A stretch of DNA of 64,000 bases from Tubiluchus corallicola. Its lineage: Eukaryota > Animalia > Priapulida. Positions 24,619-36,022 of this stretch are shown here, piece after piece; positions within the stretch are counted from its first letter, which is position 1, and every line of letters starts with the position of its first letter. The stretch spans positions 620,001 through 684,000 of the forward strand of contig JAQGDQ010000004.1 of assembly GCA_030141605.1 (NCBI GenBank), in the 5' to 3' direction. Both the position numbers and the translations under genes were made by a program. Under the pieces are notes generated by a model, which did no database searches, was not told the DNA's origin, and worked only from the letters and a program-made list of their open reading frames with translations.

Positions 24619-27288
24619 CTACAAAAAAAAAAATTGAAAGGAGACAAGTGAAAATGTGTAGCATAAAAAAGTAAAAACTCTAAAGGCTTATTGTTAACTA
24701 AAGTCTATAGTTCAAAGAAACTTTACTGAAATTAACAATGTCTTTAGGGTGTTACTACTATTGTAATTTAATATGTAACTGTTAGAAAAATGATTATTGA
24801 AATTGTCTACTTGAGTTTTACAAAGGCACATCAGCAAATGATGTCAACCATGGATTTGCAAACTGATTCAATGTAAAATGTCTAAGACACATGGCCACAA
24901 ACATCTCAAAGATTACTGATGTTACAAAATACATTTTTTTCAAATGTGCACTCTCGTTAAATGGAAGCAAAAACTCCAAGAAGTATAACAAAAGAATTGG
25001 TGAATGTACAAATGTACAAACATGTTATTTTTATTGCACTTTATATAATTCTCAGAAAATCTAGTTTACAAGTGTAAAATTCATTACAGGTTTTTAGCCA
25101 AGAATTCGCATGCAATATCATAGATTTATGTCATAACTGCAAGCACACACAGTTGCCAAGGAATGCTTGTAACTCTTCTATAATTAGACAAAGGAAATTT
25201 TTTCCAACTATTATTTCAGCAGAAAACTTTTACATGACCTCATTTATTTTTATGACCTCATTTAATTTTTATACAAATATGTAAGCTCAAGTAAAAACGC
25301 CACACAAACAGCAAAGGTGAATATAGTTTCCAATACGAACTTATAGATTTTATTTAATGTTTCGAACGCCTACATGTTTTATCTTCAAAAACGAAATTCA
25401 TATGTATTAAGTGTACTACAAACAATACACAGATTATGCAAATTAGTATTATAAATAGCAACACACACTCCAACAAGTCAAGTTTTTCGTAATTGGTTTT
25501 AATTATATCTAACTATCGTGTGTCGTTGCTTGTAAGTTAACTCGTGTGTTGCTGCTTACAAATTAACTATTCAGTCTGTTATCAACACATGCTTGAATTT
25601 TTTCAGACTCTTTTGAAGATGAGCCGTGCATGGATCCGACTTGTTAAGTGAAAAATGTGACTTCATCTTGTTCTTGCTCAAAACAAAATTTCCTCAACAT
25701 AAGCCAGTTTTTTATTAATTAATGTAAGTCCATCTTAATACAAATATGGGTTTGACAAAATTTGTACAATTTGAATCTGTTTATGGCGCTTAAATATTTT
25801 TTGCTCCCAAAGTTTTACAAAAATACCTATCGGTTTATCAACTGATTATCAGAAAGTCCCACACCTATTATAATATCTGCACGTACTGTTTTCATACTTG
25901 TGTACAAATACTGTAAAAGCTAAGTATGCCTAACAAACATGACTGTTACCAGATGATGTATACTGGTGCTGTCGGTATGTACGAACTGTATACGTTACAA
26001 AATGGCTGACCAAACTGGTTTGAGATCAACAGCAGCTGTTACACCTGACAGTGTAGGTGCTAGCCAAGGCAGTTTTTCCCTCAGCTAATAATCAAGCTAC
26101 TTCTCACAATATTTTAAGCAATTTAGTTAGACTGTTTCATTGTTCTTGGTTACTAAAAGTAAAACCATGCTTTCCTCAAAATCTTAGGTTTAAAGAAGAG
26201 CCACGTTTTATTATTCAGCAAGTGATTCACTGTGGCACACGGGTCTTAGGGTTATGTAAAAGCAAACCGATAATGACAGTTTTTACAATTTCGTTATAAA
26301 TGAAAGTTTGCCTTTTTATTAGACATATTTGATCGCTAAATGCTTATGCACCCTTAATTGACGAGGTAAATTGCCAAAGGCACATGAAATTGCTCATAAG
26401 CAGTTCTTCATTTTTGAGCATACACCACTCGTCTACATTCTTCATTCCGAGCAACGACTTGTACAAACTGTATGCACATTTTAATGCCCATTTATATTAT
26501 AGAGGTCTACATCTAAGCTTGTGAGCTGAAATTGACACGGCAGGCACTTAGTTTAAAAACCGAGATGGAAAAAGTGCCAAGACAATACGGCTGTTAGGAT
26601 GACTGAACTGAGAAAAGATAAGAACTGAACTGAGCTCCGTCAAAGTCCAAATGCTAGTGTGACTGAAGCAGGTACAGGTTATGACTAGCGTGTATAATGC
26701 AAGGTTAAAAATGAAGCTCAATGCTACCATTACCAATTCACTGAAAGTTCAAAAAGCATCAGGAAAACAATGAAATTCTGCACACAAGAAATGTTCTTAT
26801 TAACTGACCAAATTTTACCGCTGGGTTAAAAACACATGAATACACACTACTAGGTATATAAATGACAAGCAATAATTAATGTCTGATGTATTCTCAATTC
26901 TTCATCACTGAAAACTAGAATGTGTAACATGTTTTCTACTATTTCTAGACTTTACACTCGACTGAATTGTTGTAGTTGCTGCAAATCACATTTGGGCGTT
27001 TGTAACTAAAAATTGGATCCTAGTGCCACCGGTCCTGCCTGCTTCTGTTGCCATTTTACGGATAAAACATGAAGGTTTTACCAAAAGCTTGAACTACAAT
27101 ACCTTGGCTTGAACTTTTTGGACACTAAAGTCTATGGCCCATAAATGTCAATCATCCTAAGGTTATGCATTCTATTCTAAGCAAAGTATTGTAATGCTGA
27201 AACTCGTAATAATATTTTATTGTATTAAATGTTCAGAATCAGAATATTATCTTTCATTCCCTAGATGTCGGACAACTTAAGTGCTTAC

Positions 27289-27344
27289 CCTTCAGTCTTG
27301 TAGTCATTGAAGCCAACGACTGCTCAGGACGATTTGTGTAGACT
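27289..27344 (-). CDS. ZMYND8: ZMYND8 N-terminal exon
   Basis: Acceptor tttgtttcag, donor gtaagc. Encodes VYTNRPEQSLASMTTRLK; the joined TRLK|DP resembles vertebrate 'TRSKDP'. Phase 2->1. Confidence 0.72.
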
Positions 27345-28690
27345 CTGAAACAAATAAACGTAATAACTGTTACCTATAATTATGGCAGACAAATTCCATC
27401 TTGGCATCATGCATATTGTGTAAACCGATTACAACAAACAAACTACATGCTAAATAAATACAGATATTAAATTTTGAACTTATGACCTTATTTCGCAACA
27501 GATATATCCTTTAATTTTGACTTAATGTTCTGATAAAATGCAACTGAAAAGTTAATAGTAACAGACTGCACAACACTCTACATTTTTGCAAACTATAAGC
27601 AACCTAGCAATGCAAATAAACAGTTTAGTAGAATCCAATACAGCACACCCTGTGTTCTGACAATTCATCATCATTGTATTGACAATACAACACAACGTAA
27701 TTTGAATGTGGAAATGCAATGAATCATAGAACTAGCTGCCATTATCACACAAAGTTCCACTTCACTTCAGTGGCTAACACATGAGGCATTTGACCTGCTT
27801 GCTACAAGAAATGTGTAAACTTAGGGGTGGAGCCTAGTGCTCATAACAATCAATCATGGCTGCTAGGCACTGCTGCCTGATTGGTTGCTATAAAAAGTAC
27901 AGCTTGTCACTTGCCGGGCAGGCTGGCTCCTGTAGCCAACAACTGTATAATCATGAAAATTTAATAAAAAAAAATGCACAGCCAAGTTCAAACCTTGATG
28001 TCAGAATTAGCTACTATATGTCTACAACAGGTCAAAGAATATTGTCACCGCAACATTAAATTTTCATGAAGCTCTTAAAGATGAAGCTGATCATACCGAG
28101 GCATATCTACGTAAACCATTTGCCATTTAATGCAGGGTATAAACAGGATACCAAGAAGAAAAAAACTAACAGGCAAAGCTTTTGCAACTTCACAACAAAA
28201 ATGTACTCATTCTTTATAAGGTGACATGAGAAAATAAATTTTGAAAACAATGAATGCGACCAACAAACAATTAGATGCAGTACCTGGGATATAAATAAGT
28301 GTGTTGCATATCACATTTAGCACCAAGCCAACACCACAAAACTGCTTTGTATGCAATAATCAACTTATTTGTACATTTGATTGATAGTTATTTAACCTTC
28401 ATTTAATGATAGGCTTTAGAATGTTCAGTTAATTTTGTTAGACAAACTCCATGATATAATTGTAGATGATTGATTGGTTAAAAATTTGTTTATGAGCTAA
28501 TTCATGTTTTGCACAGATAATGCGATAACGTGTTATATTTTACTAATACATTAATAATAGTACTAAATAATTTATGGACACAATTAATTTGCTGAAAATG
28601 AGTTTCTAAATTTTTGCACCAGACTACCCATGGAATTGCTGTGTAATGTAAATCACGTTAATTCTTACTTAATTTATCACATCTACTTAC

Positions 28691-28788
28691 CCAGCTGTTG
28701 TTCTTGTTGTCTTTCTTGGAGAGTGCTCTATTACCTTTACTGTAGACACGATGTCTGAATTTGGAGTGCTTGCAGGAGTCGAAGCCAT
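28691..28788 (-). CDS. ZMYND8: Putative first coding segment of ZMYND8
   Basis: ATG in AGGATGG context with an in-frame TAA just upstream. Encodes MASTPASTPNSDIVSTVKVIEHSPRKTTRTTAG. Donor gtaagt, phase 2 matches the next exon. The exon probably starts at the acceptor at 29071. Confidence 0.6.
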
Positions 28789-31700
28789 CCTCAAAGTTTA
28801 TCACTGTCACTTACCAGAGTAATATTACGAAACCACACTCGCGCACAACTGCACTTGACTCTGCAGATGAGTTTGCATCTTCATAACAAATAACCATGAT
28901 TAGCACGTTTTAACAACAAGAATAGTTACCATTTATGTTCAATAGTTTGACGTCTACGTCATCAAATCTTACATACTTCATACACAAAGTGTTTCTTGTT
29001 GAATCCCCAGCAGTTCTATTTTCTTTTTGTTGAATAAAGGTTTCTGTTTTGCATTGGTACTTCACATCGTCTAATGAAAAAAGAAAAATATACATTTATG
29101 ACATGTTGTCATAACTACCAAAACTTTTTGATAGATATGTAATGCTAAAATCTAGATCATGTTTGATCTTACTTTTCAATAGAACAGCTAGAACCAAATA
29201 CCAAAAGTTTAAGTAATAATTTTCAAGCACTATGTCCAACCACCATTCGTTACTTCAACTTAAATATTGTTTACTTTGTTAGCGTGAACTTACAAGTATT
29301 AATCTTGTCGGCAAATTATGCAATAACACAAATAGGCAAACATTTATAGGACAATTAATAGATAACAAAACAGAACAACAATAGAATCATCAATTGTTCC
29401 AAATCAAAAATCAATTGTATTGTACTGGACAATGCAGCGTCAGACATATTCCCTCAAGAATTTTCTGTAGGTTATTCATGAACAACATAAAGAACATATT
29501 TTGAACAAAACTGAATTGTAAATGCCAGTAGGTGTAACTAATACAGTGACAAGCTTAACAAATCATGTTTTCTGCTCTCACTCAGTCTTCACTCTACAGT
29601 ACCTCATTTAGTGACGATTTGTTTAATGGCCCACAATACTGAAACCTAATTTTAGTGGTGTTAACACTTCTAAAGAATCTGCCAGAATATAAATTCTGTC
29701 CATATTTCTTTCCTAACAGGGTTAATGCAGGTGGATGTTAAACTAGTTCTGTAAAACGATATTAATAATACTAGAAAATAAATTGTAAACCAAATTTAAA
29801 GCACGAAAGAGACACCTTCGGACACAAAGCTTAAAAAATTATCTTGGAATTTTGTATCACTTGCATGCTGTCTTATTGCATACACAGCTTGCATAGCAGT
29901 AGCACTGTATAAAGCTTGTGAATTTAAATTCCGGCGATATCCGTTAGGTGCAGCCATTTTAACGGCAAGTCATTTGAAACAAGTTTAGATAACCCTGCAC
30001 GAAGTTCCAAAAAATAATCAGAGCATTGGAAGCACTCACCTCACTTAACTAAGCAAAAGTTTAAATTACTTTATAATGTCAATAAGATCAACAATGTATT
30101 TTTGGTGTATCAGTTTTTTTCAATTCTAATTCCTTAAGAATTTTCATTTCCAATTGCATAAGTCTTTCATAAGGTAATTATGCATAATGCAATTGCATAA
30201 TTGCATAACACAAACGTAATGCAATTAGCAACATAACTTTGTATGGAAAGTTATGTTATTTCCGGTTATCGAACAGTTTTGCTCCATCCAGACACTTTCA
30301 TAGCTCACCTTGTGTTTTGGTACAACGATCTACGAATATAAGAATTCTCACGCATTTTTTATTAGTCATTTGCATAAAAATTTTGCCTAGTTAATGTGTA
30401 TTGGATAAGCAACTGCCAATGTCAGTGTATGAAAAACTTCTAAGAAAGCTGCGAATGATTAAATATTTACATATATCAACGATATCTAAACTGATAGACA
30501 CAATAATTGCTTAATATTATCTTACATAATAGATAAGTCTACACTACAACACCGTTTGTAATAGTGGCTCAGATTGACATTACATGCATACATAAACCAA
30601 GTATTAGATCTGTCCACTGCTTGTGCTTGCCTTAGATTGACCTAAGCTAGCCTGACTGTGAATCTGAGTTAAACTCAGATGAATCATCAGTGTCATAATG
30701 TCTTACAAAAAAATTGCCTCCAAAAGTAAAATTGAATGCAAAGTTTGCAAGCTTGCAGGCTTCATTTACTTGGTTGCATGTAAGTCTACAGATGGTTGGT
30801 GCACAGCTTACGAGCAAGTTGAGCGCTTATATGAATAAGCTTATATGAGTGCGATCTTGTATAATAATACAAGGTTAAAAACATGAAAAATCATTGACAG
30901 CTGCTATTAAAATCTCAAAATATAGTTTCAAAGCATAACATTTCTGTTTATTTGTGATAGTAAACTCTCAACTTAATGTGTTTCATCACTGAATTGCAAT
31001 ACTGTATAGCAATTCCTTTTTATGACGTTAAGCATCAAAGCACGAAACTCTAACAATTAATTTGTCTTGTCGCATCATTTTTAGACTATAAAACATTGGA
31101 ACTTTATAGATCACTGGCTCACTGCCCATACTGCCGACCCACTGTGAGTGCAGGCTGACTCACACACTACCTGCCCCCCCCCACACTGGCTATCTTGATG
31201 AGGTTGTCACTGCAAATACCAGTACTAAGAAAATATAAATAAAAAAATACGCAATTTCTTTTGAAGCGAGGCAGCACTTGGCAGTGTGGCGTGGAATGTC
31301 AGAACTGCTTTAAACTGGTTATTCAAAATCACCCCCGGACTGTAGCATGTGTAGAAATTGGTTAAAGATGATTACAGGCTACGAAGACTGCAAATTTTGA
31401 AGAGGAACATGTTCAGGCAAAAAATCTTAGTGGAACTATGCATTTCTAAATACATAATTATATGCATATCCAATGACACCAAAGTAACTATTTGTTAACA
31501 TTAAGTTGTAGAAATAATGATATACATGTGTGTATAAATATATTGGTATACTTTATGTATGAGAGTGGCCACATTATCATCATGGTCTGCTTCTCTTCCA
31601 AATTTTTTAGCCATACCCCACTTTTTTCACCTGCATTTGCATTTTATTAGTCATAATTACGAGGGTGCAATGAGTACACTGAAAGCAAGTTACGGTTTAG

Positions 31701-32443
31701 AGGTATTCATGCACTAATTTTGTCACTTTTGGCTAAATATTATATATATAAAAGTAAGCGGAGCTTGCTATGTTATACTTGTTTCCGCAATGCGAACTAC
31801 CAAATGGTAGACAGTCAAGAAATGTCAGTTTCAAGTGCAAGGTACATAATTGTAAATCACTTTTGCACAATTGGCAACCTCAGTGACTTGATGATATTTG
31901 GCAGCATTGGCAAATTTGATCTTATAAAATTTCTTGTAGATGCTGGCAGTACAGTAGCAGAGATTTGTCTGGTGATGATTAAAAATTTGATGAGGCAACG
32001 TCCAAAATTTTGTTCCAATACATTTTGTCTCTACATAATTGTTTCAACATCAGTTTCATAATAATAATGATTATATTGAGTAATGTGCAAAAAGCCAACA
32101 AGATATAGTTCTCTATATGCAACAAGCCGGACAATTTACTTTACTCTTTAGCAACAACTTATCATAGTAACAGCATTAGTGAAAGATATATACATACTTA
32201 CATAGTCGGAATTTCACCTTAGATGGTTAGAGAAAATACTTAATACTCAACACACAGAAACAATTACTATTATTTTATAAGTTATATTATAATAATGTAG
32301 TAGGTCTAGGGTCTACTGAATTAGGAGCAGCAGGCACAATTCAGTTATTAATCAGTAACTATCGTTACGAATCTAGGCAGTACTTCTGCAACAAAGTCTA
32401 TTCTAGTAACTCAAATATTGCTGTAGATAAGGTATTAACTTAC

Positions 32444-32770
32444 GTTTCAACAAAATCTAAATTACCCTAACTCCGTCACCGACTTAAATTTTCTGAATTG
32501 CAGTCTTCGTGCTTATGCATGCATCGCTGGTGGCGCCCTCCGAAATGTGTAGTGTCCGATTTTTGTAACTAGGCGAGTCCTCCGAAATCCGATGTCAATT
32601 TTTAGCACTAAAATGAATTTTTATTACAGTAGTGTAAAATCATTTTAGTTTACGTACTTAAAGTCATACCTGCCAGTTATTTGACGTAAAATTGAGTGCG
32701 AACCGTAGAAAGCCCGGAGGACATCTAGCTCCCGGCGGGAGCCCAGTGGAAGCAAACTATGCCCCAGAAA
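32444..32770 (-). promoter_or_regulatory. Putative ZMYND8 promoter / non-coding first exon
   Basis: Local CpG/GC-rich patch between the two genes, with a minus-strand donor AAC|gtaagt at 32443. TSS not determined. Confidence 0.4.
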
Positions 32771-33950
32771 TGTTTACATTTTTTGTCAATCAAATTATCA
32801 AAAAATTGAGGCAAAAAAAAGTTAATTTTTAAGTACTACTGAGCTTTCTTTTACTGTTATTGCAGTTCACTATGCTTTTTCATTTAGAACTTAACAATAA
32901 CAGAAGCTCAAAAGAATCCAAAATACTTACTTTTCAATAATTGTAATACATTATAATATACATCGCTAGACTCATGAATGCTACTGTGTTATTGAGAGTA
33001 GTACTACTAATTGTATTATATATATGGTACTGTTGGTAAATGAAGCCAAGTGATTTGCAAACTTGCATGTAAAGTTGTGAAATGTGTGAGAATTGAAATT
33101 TGAGGCATTTGCGAATGCAAGATGTAAAATTCATATGACACATGCCTAAAGCATGAGAGTTAGCAGGTCTGTAACATTAAAACTGAAAAGTGTTTAAAGA
33201 TCACTTTACTTCATGTCATTAATACTTGCTCATACTAGCAAGGTGTAGTAGCAACAAAGACATTGTTTAGTTTTATAAAGGATTTTTTTAATTATTGTGT
33301 AATATATCTACATTAATGATAAAGACACAATTCAAAATATATGTGCTAAAACCTTTGTACTGTTTTGTTAACAATGCATGAGCATTCCACAGTAGAGTGC
33401 TATATAAATGACAATAGTATACAAGTGCATGCCTCTTAAATTAAAAGTAAGCAGTGCTTCGTTACAGCTACACATTGAAAATAGGCCTGATGTCTAAAAA
33501 TTCACATTCTGCACGAGTCATACCATCAGTTATTTACACAAACATTGTTACCAAAATAATCAATTTTTGGTGCATCTAGACTGTTAAATACATCATTAAG
33601 ATTTGCAGATGGGAAATAGATAATGGCAACAATGACTTAAATTAAAGGGTATTTTAAACGTAGAATTAAAAGAAACTGGTTTGACCGGCAATTTCACAAA
33701 TAAACGTCAAAATAAGACTGAATACAAACTCCAAGTTGAATTTGTTCCTCAAATCAATTTGACTATCATACATACAGCATTTATTGACAGAATTAATGCA
33801 CACTGAAAAGCTTAATTGTCTCAATGCAAGACTGATGTTCAGCACATAAAGGAATTCAAAGCACATAAAATTGTGTGAAATCAAATATGGAAATTAATTT
33901 ATAAATAATTTGCGCTATTTTTCATGAAAGATTATCTCACAGTAACTACA

Positions 33951-33956
33951 TTTATT
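33951..33956 (-). terminator. Candidate SF3A2 polyadenylation signal (AATAAA)
   Basis: tttatt on the plus strand about 580 nt past the SF3A2 stop; a second copy lies at 33780-33785. Position only. Confidence 0.3.
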
Positions 33957-34535
33957 GTAATCTACACACATGTTGTGCGCAATCTGACTTTTTTACAATT
34001 TACTCAAGTTGTTTCATCCCCCTAAACTTACGGAAACAAAGCAGAGCTGATCTTTTCAGTTTTAAAATGGCATTTGGTGAAATAAACTCCTAATCAAGGT
34101 AAAATTGCAGATATTGCAGATAATAGTGTTCTAATTTCTAGGTCACAAATGAAATGAACCACAGAGACCAATACTACACAATCTACACATGTCCTTTTCA
34201 AACATCACTTTCACTGAAAGACTGTCAAGAGATAATGTAAATGAAATCAAAAGCCACTGGTTTTGAATTTAAGTTATTCAAGTTTTTGCCACAGCCAGGC
34301 AAACAAATGTACTTTTGAAGAAATTCTTGCATTCATTTAAAAGTTGAAAATTTTGTCATGAAAAAACAAAAAATAAACACAATTTAAATAAATGAAAACA
34401 TTTTTCCATTTATATTGCATACTTTTTTATACATTCTTTTACACCATATGTCTTTCTCAATTTGAGGCAACTATCTTGATCAGCATAAACAAAACAGCAT
34501 CAGTAATGACGCAAAACAGCACACACAAGACTAAA

Positions 34536-34958
34536 TTACCTTGGTGGCGGAGGACCAAAATTCATCGAGGGTGGAGGAGGTGGTGGAGCCATACGTGGCA
34601 TCGGAGGAGCTCCTGGTGGGTGCATACTCCCAGGCGGCATCGCCTGAGGCATAGTACCAGGTGGTGGTGGTCCAGTAGGTGGAGGAGGTCCTCCGGGAGG
34701 AAGTGGAACATGTGGATGTGGAGGCCCACCAGGTGGAGGTGGTCCACTCGGTGGTGGTGGTCCGCCGGGAGGGGGTGGTCCACCAGGAGGTGGTGGCATT
34801 CGATAACCCGGTGGTGGTGGAGCAACCATTCTTGAAGGTGGAGGTGGCTGTTGTGATCCAGGTGGTGGAGGCTGCTGTTGTGGCAGTTTCTGTGGAGGTG
34901 GAGGAGCTTCTGTCGGCTGCTTGACTTGCTCTGCCTTGAAAGTAAATTGTAGGAAAAA
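34536..34958 (-). CDS. SF3A2: SF3A2 last coding exon (proline-rich tail)
   Basis: Acceptor ttcttttcag. FFLQFTFKAEQ followed by Pro/Gly repeats to TAA at 34536. 423 nt. Confidence 0.95.
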   Translation of the reverse strand, partial: FFLQFTFKAEQVKQPTEAPPPPQKLPQQQPPPPGSQQPPPPSRMVAPPPPGYRMPPPPGGPPPPGGPPPPSGPPPPGGPPHPHVPLPPGGPPPPTGPPPPGTMPQAMPPGSMHPPGAPPMPRMAPPPPPPSMNFGPPPPR

Positions 34959-35164
34959 CTGAAAAGAAAAATGAATTATATTTTAACATATCACTATTAA
35001 TCCAACAAAATAGCAGTCAGCAATAATCATACAGACAACATTTCTTGGTTTGCATGTGGCACAAGGTCATAATGGTCTAAAGATTCTGGCTCTTTCCATT
35101 CAGGTCATAGAAGACCAATTTGGAAACAGAAAGAAGTCATTATAGCGGAACTGAACCTGATTAC

Positions 35165-35236
35165 CTGTTTAGTTTCCTTATTCCAAAGTGTCCAGAATTT
35201 TTTCTTGTCTGACTTGTCAACTTCACGACTAGGAAC
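35165..35236 (-). CDS. SF3A2: SF3A2 coding exon 7
   Basis: VPSREVDKSDKKKFWTLWNKETKQ resembles human VPSREIDKAEGKFWTHWNRETKQ. Confidence 0.97.
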
Positions 35237-35779
35237 CTTAAATGAAAATCAACAAATATAGCTGAAAGTAGCAGGTACATATCTTGAAGTGTTAAAATGC
35301 AGAATGAAGCCAAGTAATTTGCTTGAGACATTCATTTCACATTTATCTGAATAAGCTCTTGCTAAAAGCAACAATCAATCAAATCACTGATATACTGATA
35401 TCAGGTAAAAAGGGCGTTTTAGGTAACCAGGAAACCCTTATTTTTGTTAACATCTTTTTCACACTCACATGTTGCAATTTTGGTTTTGCTTGGAAGAATA
35501 GTTTTATTTCAGTTGTTCTGAGTTTTGAATGAACAAGTTAGAATGTCACTCAACAGAGTACAGGCCTCTTCCAAAACCTGCAGACTGCCCTGCGTCTAGT
35601 AAATAACACAGTCGCTTGGATTAAAATGTCACCAATTATTCTGATGCCATTTCATTAATAATGTGCATCGTTACTTTTTGCATTTTTTCCGCAGTGCATT
35701 ATTGTGATGTTATGTCATACAAGCCTATATTAATCGATAAAAATTGCTTTTCTCTTGCAATATTTAATCAATCATTACC

Positions 35780-35930
35780 AAAATTAAGAGTATTTGTGCT
35801 TGCCACATGAAGTGCCACCCCTCCATGAAGTTTAGTGGAAATTGCTGAGGTAGTTTTAGCATAATTCTGTTAGCAAACAAACTAACAAGCCAACAGCAAT
35901 GAAAACATAACCTCCTTGGTCGAGGTACTA
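35780..35930 (-). mobile_element. 5' fragment of a non-autonomous Helentron-associated (HINE/DINE-like) element
   Basis: Minus strand reads TAGTACCTCGACCAAGGAGGTTATGTTTTC...GTTAGTTTGTTTGCTAACAGAATTATGCTAAAACTAC...TTTCCACTAAACTTCATGGAGGG, matching the recalled 5' end of this family. Confidence 0.65.
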
Positions 35931-36022
35931 AAACAGAAGCCATGAATAGTTTACAGACTGTCGTATTTCATGAAAATAGTCACTTTGTTATAATGTAAAT
36001 AAGCAAATGTGTAATGCAAGTC

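Noticed and set aside
34392-34989. Trp/Arg-, Thr-, His- and Val/Glu-rich overlapping ORFs
   Set aside because: Alternative frames and strands of the SF3A2 polyproline exon.
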